The notes under the pieces: generated by a model
Told to the model about the DNA's origin: nothing
The model's input: the letters and a program-made list of their open reading frames with translations, nothing else
Databases searched by the model: none
Shown here: positions 1 to 12,889 of the stretch, one piece after another
Position numbering within the stretch: position 1 is the stretch's first letter
Layout: the number at the start of each line of letters is the position of its first letter
From: Octopus bimaculoides
Taxonomy: Eukaryota
Length of the DNA stretch: 33,969 nucleotides
Direction of reading: 5' to 3'
NCBI RefSeq assembly: GCF_001194135.2
Contig: NC_068991.1
Location: 35,779,577-35,813,545 of the forward strand
Program-made: the position numbers and the translations under genes

Positions 1-33
<33 letters not shown>
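1..33. repeat. (CA)n microsatellite
   Basis: Direct reading of the sequence. Confidence 0.97.
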
Positions 34-35
<2 letters not shown>

Positions 36-40
36 ATATA

Positions 41-1277
41 TTTGGTTGTTTCACATGAAATGTCGCATTTTATTTACTTGTTAATTCAGTCATTTAAAAA
101 CCCAATTATGTATACCTTGCATTTAATCTGGACTCCTTTTCTTTCTCAACAATATCGGTATACAAAATTCGTACCCACAGACCTTACGGAAATGATAACC
201 AAATTATGTTGAGTGATTTTCTCGTATGAGTACAAACTGGGTCACTCTACCGCAGAGCTCTACAGAATATCAAGCGGGCCTTTGGTAATAGTCTTGTTGA
301 CATCAGAACTATTCAGAGATGGTTCCAAAGCTCTCGTTCTGGAGATGATAGCCTTGAAAATAAATCAAAGGGTAGGCCAAAATCAGTTATTCGGCATGAT
401 AGATTAAATGCTTTGATTGAACAAAATTCGAGAACAAAGGTTCGGAAACTTTCATCAGAACTCCAAACATCTCGCACAACTGTTTTTAGACACCTGTAAA
501 AAATTGGAAATGTCAAGAAAACTGATAGGTTTGTCCCACATCAACTGAACGAAATTCAAAGAAACAGACGCCTCGATGTGTGCTCCTTATTGCTTTCTCG
601 ACTGGAAAAATACCATTTTTGCATGAAATCATTACTTGTGACGAGAAATGGATACTCTTTGACAACAGTAGGAGAACAGGACCGTGATTAGATACAAGAG
701 AGTCACCTAAACACTACCTAAACCCACCATTGCACCCGAAAAAAATAGTGGTCACTGTATGATGGTCTGTGAAGGGAGTTACTCATTATCCATTTTTGCA
801 ACAAGGAAAATGATAGTAGCAACATCGTATTGCCAAGAAATTGATTGTAAGCATGAGAATTTGAAAATGAAGCAACCCAGACTAGTGAATAGAGATGGCC
901 CAATTTTGCTCCACGACAATGCACGTCCTCACACTCCTCAAGTTACAGTCCAAAAGTTGCAAAGCCTGAATTATGGGATTTTCCCTATTCCCTTGATATC
1001 TCTCCTACTGGTCATCACTTATTTAAGCATTTTGAGCTTTTCATAAGCAATAAAACATTCTTAAATAGATAAGAGATAAGTGAAGCATTCAGATAGTTTA
1101 TCACAGGAAAAAGATGAATTTTGTTTTAAAAGATGGAATATATGACATAGAGAAACGTTGGCTAAACGTCATGAATGAACACGGACCATACTTTCATTAA
1201 ATAAATCAGTTCTCTAACACATCTGAAACATTTTATCGTTACCTTTCAAATATGACATTTCATGTGAAACAATCTAA
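41..1277 (+). mobile_element. Full-length mariner (Tc1/mariner) DNA transposon, decayed
   Basis: 30-bp TIRs at 41-70 (TTTGGTTGTTTCACATGAAATGTCGCATTT) and 1248-1277 (reverse complement TTAGATTGTTTCACATGAAATGTCATATTT), 26/30 matching. TA on both flanks. Length 1237 bp is typical of mariners. Confidence 0.93.
190..1190 (+). pseudogene. Mariner transposase pseudogene (frameshifts and stops)
   Basis: Motifs across frames: IFSYEYKLGHS (HTH), FVPHQL (WVPHEL-like), ITCDEKWILFDN (first D), GPILLHDNARPH (second D), PYSLDISPTGHHLF at 983-1024 (YSPDLAPxD-like, third D replaced by G). Confidence 0.92.
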
Positions 1278-1355
1278 TATATATTATCCGAAGTGTACAG
1301 TATTATATACCCATTACGGCCAATCTTACCAATCGGTTTCGCGCTAGGGTATCAA

Positions 1356-1616
1356 CATTTGACTGCGGCCATGCTGGAGCACCGCATTAGTCGAAAAAAT
1401 CGACCCCAGGATTTATTCTTTGTAAGCCTAGTACTTTTTTTATCGTCTACTTTGCCGAACCGCTAGATTACGGGAACGTAAACACACCAACATCGGCTTG
1501 ACGATGGGGGACAAACACACACACACACACACACACACACGTACTCCCACACACATACATATATACGACGGACTTCTTTCAGTTTCCGTCTCTCAAATCC
1601 ACTCAAAAGGCTTTGC
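1356..1616 (-). mobile_element. Octopus-type SINE family A, 5'-truncated copy
   Basis: Reverse complement matches the 3' two-thirds of the copy at 18988-19407 (GGTGCTCCAGCATGGCCGCAGTCAAATG; internal (CA)n). Confidence 0.88.
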
Positions 1617-2949
1617 CGTATCTGTGTGTTACTGTCTGTTTTGAATTTTGCATGACTAAAGCTCCAATAGTTTATGTTCTCGTTTTTAATGGACATCAGT
1701 CTTATATAGTACCTTCTTTTTGTGGTGTCATGTTGATGAAAATGGCTTTCATTCTTTGCGGTTTTGTAATTTGTTCTATTAGTTTGTGGCTAAATGTGAT
1801 ACACATTGCGATCTGTTGAGTTTTGACACATTTTTAATGAGTTCTTTTTAATGACATATCCATCTGTTCTATAGCTAGAATTTCCATTTGTATGGGTGTG
1901 CGTGGTTATGTGTTCTTTGTATTGTATCTGTGTGAGTAAGTTTGTTCATGTATTAGTCTATAGGCTGGTTGGTCTATTAAACTATTTGAATATATGTTAT
2001 TAATGTTTGTGTTTGTCTTAAACTGATTTCATCTAATTTAACATTATTCCCATGATCCTTTTCTATTTCCTGTGAAATGCACCAACTACTACTATGATTT
2101 ATATTCAGTTGGTTTTAAAACGATTTATTCAGAGTGTCTTAAAATGTTAATGGGATAAGAAGGCAATTGTTCCAAAATAAACAAAGTATTAATAAAGCAA
2201 GAGAAAAGAACATTGTCAAAGACTGGTGAAAAAGAACAATGTGGAAGACTCGTGTATCGCCAGTACGATACGTTTTCATCTCTTTGTTTATACAAATATA
2301 AACCATCAAGGCAAAGTAGAAAAAAACCACATGATGAAACTATACGTAAGCCAATGTCTGTGAGACATTGCAATGTCATGTATATATATATTTTTTATAT
2401 ACTGGAAAGTAATACAATTCCGAAGACAGTTGATCGATCATCAGAGACAGCATTGCACAGTACAGAAAGATTATTATCAGAATTTCCCTAAATAAAAAAG
2501 ACATTGAGAAATAAGAAACGTTTACTTTATAATATCGTCTCACTGATCGACAATGCTCAAACTTCTCTTTTACGTCGAATAAGAAATATCATTATGCGAT
2601 GATTTAATAATTTTCATAACGAGAGAATATAGCCTTTACAACAAGCCTAATTACAGGGCGCTCACTTAGCCCTGATCAGTTTACAGTTCCCAATTTCGAC
2701 ACAAAGTTCTGCATTAAGGTAAAAAAAAAAGGAACAATGACTTTTAGTGATTAAAAAGTATAAAATTAATGACAAACGGCGCGATTCATTCAGATGTAAA
2801 GGTAATAAACAGAAATATAAACGCAATAACAAAATCATGTTACAAGAACCTTACACAAGTTTTACAGGAGTTTAAAAACAGCAAAACGATTGTAATTACA
2901 GAAGAATCCATTGCAAACGCCAACAGTATGCTTGTATATATACCCACAA

Positions 2950-3270
2950 GTAAATAGATACATGTTGAGACAAGCTCGGACATCGCGTACAGAGTAAGAG
3001 CCGGGTGAAAGGCATTTGCCACGATTAGAGATGAGCTCAAAGCACAGCTGGAAAAAGGCCATGGAGAAGACCCATGCTCGGAATATCTTTGTGGGAGCAT
3101 GACCAAAACAAGGCAATTCAGAGCGAACAATGTAATTGCAGAATAACAAAAGCGCATTTTCGCAAGGTCAGACTAGTAGCAATGCTCATAGACAATTGGT
3201 AGAATCATGAAATTGTCGAGTTATGTGCAAGAGATCGGAAGAGACCATTTGTAAGATGGATATAGGCCAA
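2950..3270 (+). pseudogene. Degenerate RTE-clade LINE reverse transcriptase C-terminal remnant
   Basis: Frame-broken motifs DIAYRVRAG*KAFATIRDEL, MLGISLWEH and DNW*NHEIVELCARDRKRPFVRW resemble the RTE thumb/C-terminal consensus (RIRAGWKAF, MLGISL, DNRW..EWYPRDRKRP..RW). Confidence 0.6.
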
Positions 3271-3686
3271 ATATTTAGATCTAAATGTGAGAGATGCGCG
3301 TAACCAAGGGAAGAATAGAAGCACATTGAGACCAGCGCTTCATAAGACATCTGATAGCCTGGTAGATAGAACATTATACGTTCACAAATACTTGTAGATG
3401 CATTCACATTTAAATATGCAAATATATATCTTTGGGGAGACTGCACAGCAGTTTTATAGACAGCAAAAGCATCCTACCGTTCTTTCCTCCACTAGTCTGC
3501 TTTTACTGTCCTTACCATTATTACATTGTGGAGCCTTGTCTTAATTAGACTAACGCTGCCTAGACATACATAAACAGATATAATAGGTGTAGCACGCATA
3601 TAGAAATATCGATTATGTAATACATGTGTCTGTAGATTATATGTAGATTAAATTATAATCAAAAGTCGCCTAATTTTGAAGTCGGT

Positions 3687-4020
3687 AACGCGCGCGTTTA
3701 GTGCGCTTCATGTAAATTTAAGCCTGTAGCTTAGCTGTCATATAAAGATAGACACAAGTATTTAGCTTACTTTGTCACGATGCAGATTCTTATGACGTCA
3801 TTGGGGACGTCATAAGAATCTGTGAGTGGGTAATCCTATGCTCACATAACATCGCAATACAGTGAAATATACTTGGAGTCATGCGCATGCGTGCTTGTTT
3901 TGCTTTGTTCATGATAGTGTACTCCCAATTTTTACATGAAAATTAAATTCTTATCAAACTATGACTCTATATAACGAATTATTAAAAGTTGTTTCACATC
4001 AATTGGTACAATGACGTCAG
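3687..4020 (+). promoter_or_regulatory. Promoter/enhancer-like motif cluster
   Basis: AACGCGCGCGTT palindrome 3687-3698; CRE TGACGTCA at 3793-3800 and 4012-4019; GACGTCA at 3806-3812; NRF-1-like TGCGCATGCGTG 3882-3893; CCAAT 3925-3929; TATATAA 3968-3974; ATTGG 4002-4006. Motif-level evidence only. Confidence 0.35.
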
Positions 4021-4819
4021 TGCACAAGCTATATCTGCCTAACCGAGCTCAGGTTGCCGAAATAATGTCATTTGATTATAACAGCATATACAGAGTTGGT
4101 TCCTTCCGAAACACCAGTCTGTGATCTTAACAGACTGAATGAAAGACGACTCCATGTTGAATCGAACTACACTCTTTTTTCCCCTCATTTCATTGTCTTT
4201 GTGCAAATGTAAGTTTTCTTTTGATTGTATTTCATTTAAATTTTCGAATATGTTACAAAAAAAAAAATGAAAAAGAAAACGTAAAAACAAAACAAAGCAA
4301 TAAATAGACGAGATGAAGAAGGAAGGAATGTAAGAATGAACGAACAAGAACAAGAAGCTATTTAATTGCATATACCTGCGAATCCATTAAAGTAGTATTC
4401 TTTGTGAAATATCATAAAATTCATAGTTTATCTCGAAATCTGAGATACAAAGAATAAATAAAAAAACAAAACAAAGAAAAAATTATTCATCGCTGAATCT
4501 ATAAACACAGAAAAAGTACAGAGAAATTTCACCATATATACACATGTAAACGCAAACATAATGAGAGTAACAGAAACTTATATCAAACTTGCAGCATACG
4601 TCTCTTATACAAATACATATACAAACAAGCTTACATACACTGCGCGCGGACGCGTGTGTATAAATACATATAAAAAAAAAATATATATATATATATATGT
4701 ATATATAAACAAGTACACATCTACATATATACATATAAAGATACACACAAACATAAACATAATAGTATACATAAATAATCATACAATTTCCCACACATTT
4801 CCTAAATTAAATACTCTGT

Positions 4820-5297
<478 letters not shown>

Positions 5298-5550
5298 ATA
5301 AATGGAGGCACTGCCTTGTGATATTGAATAGTTCATTGAGCTTGCTTTGAAATAATGAGTATTTCTTACTCGAAGAAATGTATTCAAATTTTCGGATGAT
5401 AATGGAAATTTATTCATGTCATCGTTTCACCTCAAAAAGTAATATAAAAAACCTGATACATTTAAATATCTAATTCTGCTTAATGGCAGTACAGTTAATT
5501 GGTTCCACTGAAAGAAATGTCGTTTGTTGAAAATGACATACAGACGGTAA

Positions 5551-5625
<75 letters not shown>

Positions 5626-5634
5626 TTATCTATC
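5551..5634. repeat. (TCTA)n tetranucleotide microsatellite
   Basis: Direct reading of the sequence. Confidence 0.97.
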
Positions 5635-5703
5635 TAATAATCTTGTCTTTCTCATATAAATAGTTTGAACGTACATACTTATACACAGACACGTATATAT
5701 ATA

Positions 5704-6450
5704 NNNNNNNNNNNNNNNNNNNNNNNNNNNNNNNNNNNNNNNNNNNNNNNNNNNNNNNNNNNNNNNNNNNNNNNNNNNNNNNNNNNNNNNNNNNNNNNNN
5801 NNNNNNNNNNNNNNNNNNNNNNNNNNNNNNNNNNNNNNNNNNNNNNNNNNNNNNNNNNNNNNNNNNNNNNNNNNNNNNNNNNNNNNNNNNNNNNNNNNNN
5901 NNNNNNNNNNNNNNNNNNNNNNNNNNNNNNNNNNNNNNNNNNNNNNNNNNNNNNNNNNNNNNNNNNNNNNNNNNNNNNNNNNNNNNNNNNNNNNNNNNNN
6001 NNNNNNNNNNNNNNNNNNNNNNNNNNNNNNNNNNNNNNNNNNNNNNNNNNNNNNNNNNNNNNNNNNNNNNNNNNNNNNNNNNNNNNNNNNNNNNNNNNNN
6101 NNNNNNNNNNNNNNNNNNNNNNNNNNNNNNNNNNNNNNNNNNNNNNNNNNNNNNNNNNNNNNNNNNNNNNNNNNNNNNNNNNNNNNNNNNNNNNNNNNNN
6201 NNNNNNNNNNNNNNNNNNNNNNNNNNNNNNNNNNNNNNNNNNNNNNNNNNNNNNNNNNNNNNNNNNNNNNNNNNNNNNNNNNNNNNNNNNNNNNNNNNNN
6301 NNNNNNNNNNNNNNNNNNNNNNNNNNNNNNNNNNNNNNNNNNNNNNNNNNNNNNNNNNNNNNNNNNNNNNNNNNNNNNNNNNNNNNNNNNNNNNNNNNNN
6401 NNNNNNNNNNNNNNNNNNNNNNNNNNNNNNNNNNNNNNNNNNNNNNNNNN
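5704..6450. other. Assembly gap
   Basis: Run of N flanked by (TA)n. Confidence 0.99.
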
Positions 6451-7883
6451 TATATATATATAACGATATAGATATATATAACGATATATCTGTTGGTTTT
6501 GATCTTAATGATCGTGGTTATCACGTCAAGTCAGCAGGCTCCAGCGTGTATTTTGTCAGTAGGGTATTTTGAGAGAGTACTGATGAATATTGTTATTTCC
6601 TCATCCAGTCAATGGCAAAATTGACGGAACCTCAGCTTGTTTAATGATGTTAGGTTCTCTATAACTCCAATCTATGTAACAATACCAGCGGCATATGTCA
6701 CACAATGAAGAAATTTAACTAAAGAAAATGAATAGATATTCCATATTTGAATTTATGCTACAAATGTTTCAGCAGAATATCAATTTATTTGTATATAATG
6801 TATCCACTTAATATTACACAATTTTCATTATTTTATATGCAAATCACCAGCCATTTCATCAGGCGACATGAACTATTGGTTGACAAAATTGGTCTACGAA
6901 GAATTCGATCCTTGAAATACTTGGAGGAGTTCATCTTAATCACATCAATTGTAGGCTGGGGTCAAATTAGGAACAATCAATCACTGACTGTTTATTTTTT
7001 AATTGAGCTTTTTCGATGGTAGTTTATTTTAACCTTTGATCTTACACACACACGCACCCACACGCACACACACTCACACACACACGCCACATATCTGATT
7101 GTTTATCTCATTCTTATAACCCTATTTTTATTGGTATTAATTTGTTTTAAGAAAAACTTTTCCTTGCTTCAAAGATTGTCAATAATATGTCAAATAGTTC
7201 TTAAATTATTGTCTTAGAGATGATAGTCGGTAAACGTCAACACTCTAATGCCAGTAGATGTTAAGCACCCTGATTCTATAGAATGTGGCAGAATTGATAT
7301 CCGTTCACTCGAAGCTGCTATTAACATTTGAGTACTACCGAGGAGGGCCGGTACTGGGTGATTGGTGGATCGATAACTGGTGACTTGTAGATAGTGTGCG
7401 GCAGACATCTCGTTTGTGTTGGTTAGAGAATCTAGAATTAACGGAATGTGGAAATTTATGCGGATATCAGCAGAGGTTTATGGAAGATGCTAACGGTCAA
7501 TGAGTTACAGTTAAACACGATGTTAGTAGTAGCTGCATATTTAGATCACGTATAAATTTAAGCTTTAGACAGTGAATATATATGGGGTAAAACTCTACAA
7601 CATAATATTGACAGCTAATAGTTTGCAGATAGTCGAGAAGAGATCCCTTTTTGTGAAAGCAGAATATTATGTTTCTTAATTTTCAACGTCTTTCCCATTT
7701 TCATCATTATTCACCCATCAAACTTCTCGTGTTGTTCACTTCGTTACAATCTTTTATAGACCCATTCCTATTACAAGAATGGGTCTATAAACGACGATAA
7801 AAAAATTATTTTGCCTGTAAAAAAAAAGTGTACAATATTTAGTAAACAAGTATACTAAATATTATTTCCTTGATTCATTGTTA

Positions 7884-8093
7884 TTTTCTACTCTAGGCAC
7901 AAGGCCCGAAATTTTTGGGGAGGGGGCCAGTCGATTAGATCGACCCCAGCACGCAACTGCTACTTAATTTATCGACTCCGGAAAGATGTAAGGCAAAGAC
8001 GACCTCGGCTGAATTTGAACTCAGAACGTAAAAACCTACGAAATACCGCTAAGCATTTCGCCCGGCGTGCTAACGTTTCTGCCAGCTCGCTGC
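7884..8093 (-). mobile_element. Octopus-type SINE family B (tRNA-like head, Meta-like central domain), near full length, with TSD
   Basis: Minus strand reads GCAGCGAGCTGGCAGAAACGTTAGCACGCC...GAGTTCAAATTC (A/B-box-like), then TTTGCCTTACATCTTTCCGGAGTCGATAAATTAAGTA. Exact 16-bp direct repeat ATTTCCTTGATTCATT at 7864-7879 and 8098-8113. Confidence 0.88.
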
Positions 8094-8508
8094 ATTAATT
8101 TCCTTGATTCATTATTGAATTCTAACAATAATTTATACTGCTAGATGCAGCTAGTTACGAAAATTGGCTAACTATATTGTATCAATGATTACCAACTAGA
8201 TGCCTCTCATGTAGTTCAGCTTGCTAGAAATATGAGAGAAATTTTCTTTATATTACTTCCTATTGTCTCAAAAAGCTAGATAGGCTCATTGGATAATGTA
8301 TTCGAGATACACTCTATTTGAATATAAGCCAGAATGCTTACGGCCTGATCACCTATAATCATAGTCCTGTTCTTAACAACATGTTATGTGAATGTTTAAA
8401 ATATATTAGTCCTGACACACAGCAATCCAGTAATAGGATTGGAACTCCTCTCTTGGCTGTCATTTTCTGTATTAACTCAGCATTCTGCATTTCTGGCTAA
8501 CAATACAA

Positions 8509-8637
8509 TCTGAGATTCCGTCGAGGTCGACTTTGCCTTTCATCCTTTCGGGGTCGATTAAATAAGTACCAGTTACGCACTGGGGTCGATGTAATCGACT
8601 TAATCCCTTTGTTTGTCCTCTCTATGTTTAGCCCCTG
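8509..8637 (+). mobile_element. SINE family B-related copy, 5'-truncated
   Basis: GAGGTCGACTTTGCCTTTCATCCTTTCGGGGTCGATTAAATAAGTACCAG...CTGGGGTCGATGTAATCGAC is homologous to the 7884-8093 copy. Confidence 0.82.
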
Positions 8638-8729
8638 AGAGAGAGAGAGAGAGAGAGAAGAGGGACGGAGAGAGTGAGAGACAAAGAGAGAGAGAGAGGA
8701 GACAGAGAGAGAAGAGGGAGGGAGAGAGT

Positions 8730-8790
<61 letters not shown>

Positions 8791-8803
8791 ACGAAGAGAG
8801 AGA
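8637..8803. repeat. Compound (GA)n repeat
   Basis: Direct reading; contains two copies of a ~50-bp interrupted unit. Confidence 0.95.
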
Positions 8804-9329
8804 GAGGACTTCTCAGTGTTATAGCATAACAGATAAAACCGTTTCTTTCTTACTTTAAAATTGACTGTGAAGTAAGTGTACAAGTGGGAACCCTAAGCCT
8901 GCAGTGAAAATTTGCCTCTCTATCTACGACCATGGCACGTCATCATTCATTCAATAATTATGCTAATCATCATCAAATCCATTTCAAATAAGGAACACAA
9001 TAGCCCCATTAAATATTTTAGTGAGCTGAAAAGTAAAATGGTCCAGGTATATTTAAAGGAAGAAGGAAAAAAAAAAGAAAGAAGAATTTGAAAGATTTGC
9101 TTTGTAAAAAGTTTTGGTTTTAATGGGTGACTAGAAGTATATTCGTCCTACAGGAACAACTTCACAGGAATATACAACAACCCTGCGAGATATTTATTAA
9201 TTGAACCAAGCAATAATGGATGTGCTTAAATCAAAATACAGTTTAGGTCAGCAGTCAAAGGCAAAGATATAAAAGAAATGATGCATAACGAATGAGACAC
9301 ACCACACCAAAAACAGAGCAAAAATTGCA

Positions 9330-9450
9330 GCATAGGCGCACAGAATGAAATTTATTGTGGTCTGACTGGAAGCAGAAAAGATGCGATTTCTTAGAACAAT
9401 GGCGTACACAGCAAATGATTTGATGACATAAACAGCGAAGGTTGCACTCT
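9330..9450 (+). pseudogene. Possible very old RTE LINE remnant
   Basis: LEAEKMRFLRTMAYT resembles LEAAEMRFLR..GYT. Short single motif. Confidence 0.3.
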
Positions 9451-9675
9451 GGATATTTTGATACTAATTGTTTTGTAATGATGAATCACTGAGCTCTGTG
9501 GTTTTATGGAAAATATAAGCTATGATCTCTTCATCTGCGTGTATTGGAACATAGAAATACGCACACATAATACAAACACGTAAGTATATATGCACACTCA
9601 CAGCCACATAATACAGACTTACAATTCTCTCTTAGGACATGACCATCCATATTAAGTTAATATCCACACACAGAC

Positions 9676-9722
9676 ATACATAAACACACACACACAAGCA
9701 CCCACTCTCTCTCTCTCTCTCT

Positions 9723-9764
<42 letters not shown>
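9676..9764. repeat. (CA)n-(CT)n-(TA)n compound microsatellite
   Basis: Direct reading of the sequence. Confidence 0.95.
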
Positions 9765-9766
<2 letters not shown>

Positions 9767-11424
9767 ACACAAACATGACGTGTTAATAGAAATAAGCTTA
9801 TACAAATATAAGTATATATGTATCATGTATTATAATGCTGAATACGCTAGTCTGTGTATGAGTGTGTGGATGCGTGTGTGTTCGTTTGCATCACACAACG
9901 ATCTATATGGTTTACCACATAGGGTTTAAGGTATCAGAAACTGCTTAGTAAGAATCAATAAATGCCGATAATATAAAGTTTCGGCAGCAAAATCAAAGCT
10001 TTTTTTTCGTTCAATTGCGAAAAAACAAAAGGAAAGCCATTCTGAATATTTATGGGAAAGCTTGAATAAATGCTGACTGAACCCAAGTGATGTGAAACCA
10101 AGCTCTGTTGGTTCGATTTCTTGGAAGCATCATCTGATATTTTATTCATTTAATGTTTTATATTCCTCACCCAGCGTGTTTCATGTTATTTTATCATAAT
10201 ATTGTTTTATGCTCCTTAAATTCACAAGAGAATAGGAAACCGAAATATGCTCGCTTATATTCTGAAACATCTTAACCGATATTAAAGAACGTTTCTTTTT
10301 GCTATTTTGTTATGTGTTTCGACGCCATGTTGAGATTCCAGACAACTGCAGAATATGTTGTTGCAAAAAAAAACATTGTGCATATGATATTCACTGTTGT
10401 TTAATGTGGTTCGGTGTTGTATGGTATAATATTGATTGCTTGCTTTTGCTACATTCAATCATATTTTCTTAAAAGATGTGGTTATGTAAAATGAAATGCT
10501 ATGGTCTATATAGTAGTGTATGGAAGGCAGGATTTCTGGGTAGCATCTTAGAGTAACGATGTATGATACGACATAATAAGTGATGTAATATTTTATATGA
10601 TAGAGTCGTGAAATCCGACATCTTATAATGTTTGTGATATCTTATAATGTTTCATTATTGTATATTACAAAATTTCGTTGGATACATACAGCACCAAACG
10701 ATAACATATCGCAAAGCATTAAACAACAAACAATACATAAGGTGATGTTGAATGGTATGTCACTTCCTTTTTTGGACAGTGGTCAGTTTGTATCTCCTCA
10801 CTACTGGTGTGTATGCATACCGTGTCATTTCACTTTGCAGAAGTAATATAGTTAAAAAAAAAAGAGAAACAATATCATAGAGTGGGACATAATCTATGAA
10901 GATATTGTGTGTAGAGTGGAATGATCTTACATAAGAATCGTGTTGAATGGAATAGCAGCAAGAATTCATGGCAATGATGCAGTCAAATTTGGTGTGATAA
11001 CTTTAATCAATCATAAAAAAAAATTGCAATATACCTGGATCCTGGAATTTTGAAGAAGTTGGATTTTGTCACAAAAAGTAATTTATACGAAAAAATCGAT
11101 ATATTTTTTCTGTTTAAAACAGAATACAATCATAACTTTCTGAAATTATATGAAAAAAATCATATTCTGAAAACTAAAGGTTCAAATTTTTATGACATCG
11201 GGACAGAAATCACAGATGTGTTAAAATTAATATAAAACTATAAATATGTCTAAAAATATAAAATATAAATCGTAAATTAGAAAGGATATGAAGTTGAACA
11301 AGAGTTTTGAAGACGATATTAACTATTTATTTTCTTTCTTTCTTTGCCCTTATTTTATCAGTCATGATTGATGACTAACGCTTTGGTCACAATTGTCAGA
11401 TATTGTGCTAGGCTCACATGCACT

Positions 11425-11453
11425 GTGTGTGTATGTCTGTATGTGTGTGTGTG

Positions 11454-11546
<93 letters not shown>

Positions 11547-11600
11547 GTATGTGTGTGTCTGTATGTATACACACACACACACACACACCTACATACGTGT
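11425..11600. repeat. (TG)n-(TCTA)n-(TA)n-(CA)n compound microsatellite
   Basis: Direct reading of the sequence. Confidence 0.95.
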
Positions 11601-11769
11601 GCGTATATGTGCTTTAAGTAAAAAGCATGCACACTGATATATGTAAAGAGAGAAAGATGAAATAGTTTACACGTCAACTATATCGATGTTTAACTGTCAT
11701 TGCTTCTGGCGAATGATGAAAAGATAAGTGAAGATCTGATGAAATATAGTAGGCAAATTAAACCAACGT

Positions 11770-11773
<4 letters not shown>

Positions 11774-11849
<76 letters not shown>

Positions 11850-11872
11850 GGAGAGAGAGGGAGAGAAAGAGA
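11774..11872. repeat. (GA)n microsatellite
   Basis: Direct reading of the sequence. Confidence 0.96.
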
Positions 11873-12029
11873 AACGGAAATGAAGTTGTCTGGAAATAGT
11901 GTAGTGTACGGGAATGGCACTTGAAAGATTGACTGATTAGTCAATAAGATGTCATTTGACGGATGCGCGTATATAATCATTTCACAAGAAAGATCTCTAT
12001 CACACACGCTCACATGTGTATAAGTATGT

Positions 12030-12076
12030 ACACACACACACACACACACACGCAAACACATACACACACAAGCACA

Positions 12077-12110
<34 letters not shown>

Positions 12111-12130
12111 ACAACAACAACAACAACGAA
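12030..12130. repeat. (CA)n followed by (CAA)n
   Basis: Direct reading of the sequence. Confidence 0.95.
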
Positions 12131-12151
12131 GACAACAATCCCCACACACAT

Positions 12152-12365
12152 CTTTTATCATTTACTTATTTCAGTCATTGGACTGCGGCCATGCTGGAAC
12201 AACGCCTTTAAGGGGTTCATCAAATAAATCGATCTCCAGTATTTATTGTTTATGTCTAGTGCTTAATCTATAGGACATTTTCAAGGAATCGCTAAGTTAC
12301 GGGGATATAAACAAACCAACACGTATTGTCAAGCAGTGGAGTGGACAAATAGAAAGACACACAAT
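12152..12365 (-). mobile_element. SINE family A, older diverged 3' portion
   Basis: TTTCAGTCATTGGACTGCGGCCATGCTGGAAC...CGCTAAGTTACGGGGATATAAACA matches the reverse complement of 19200-19390. Confidence 0.82.
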
Positions 12366-12775
12366 ATATAATTACATCCATATATACACATGCATATGTG
12401 TATGTGTATTTTCACACGCGCACACACACGCACACGCCCCTCCCCCACACAGAAACACACATATCGAATGAATATATATACCCATCTATAGATATATATA
12501 CATACACACATATATATATATGCAAACACATGCACATATGAATATATTATGGTTACAACGAAATGGAGAACACTTCTTGATTTTGTCATTTGAAAATTGG
12601 TCAAAACAGTTAGTCATCTCAATTAATTTATTCTGAAGTATCTGAAAATATAGAATAAGTGGATTTAACAGAAAACAGCACGTAGCCCCCCCCACACACA
12701 CAGAGGTAAATGCAAATATATATGCCTAAAATATATATGTTTGTGTCTGAGGTTGCGTGTGTGTTCCTGTGTGCT

Positions 12776-12810
12776 TGTTTGTTTGTTTGTTTGTTTGTGT
12801 GTGTGTGTGT

Positions 12811-12889
<79 letters not shown>

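Noticed and set aside
2352-2377. 14-bp palindrome GACATTGCAATGTC with an overlapping 8-bp hairpin
   Set aside because: Short; comparable palindromes are plausible by chance in 34 kb of AT-rich DNA, and there is no supporting context.
5665-6524. ORFs spanning N runs (also 16753-17646, 28679-29061, 31748-32318)
   Set aside because: Artefacts of assembly gaps.
7214-7408. 64-aa minus-strand ORF in GC-richer sequence
   Set aside because: No recognisable motif or splice context.
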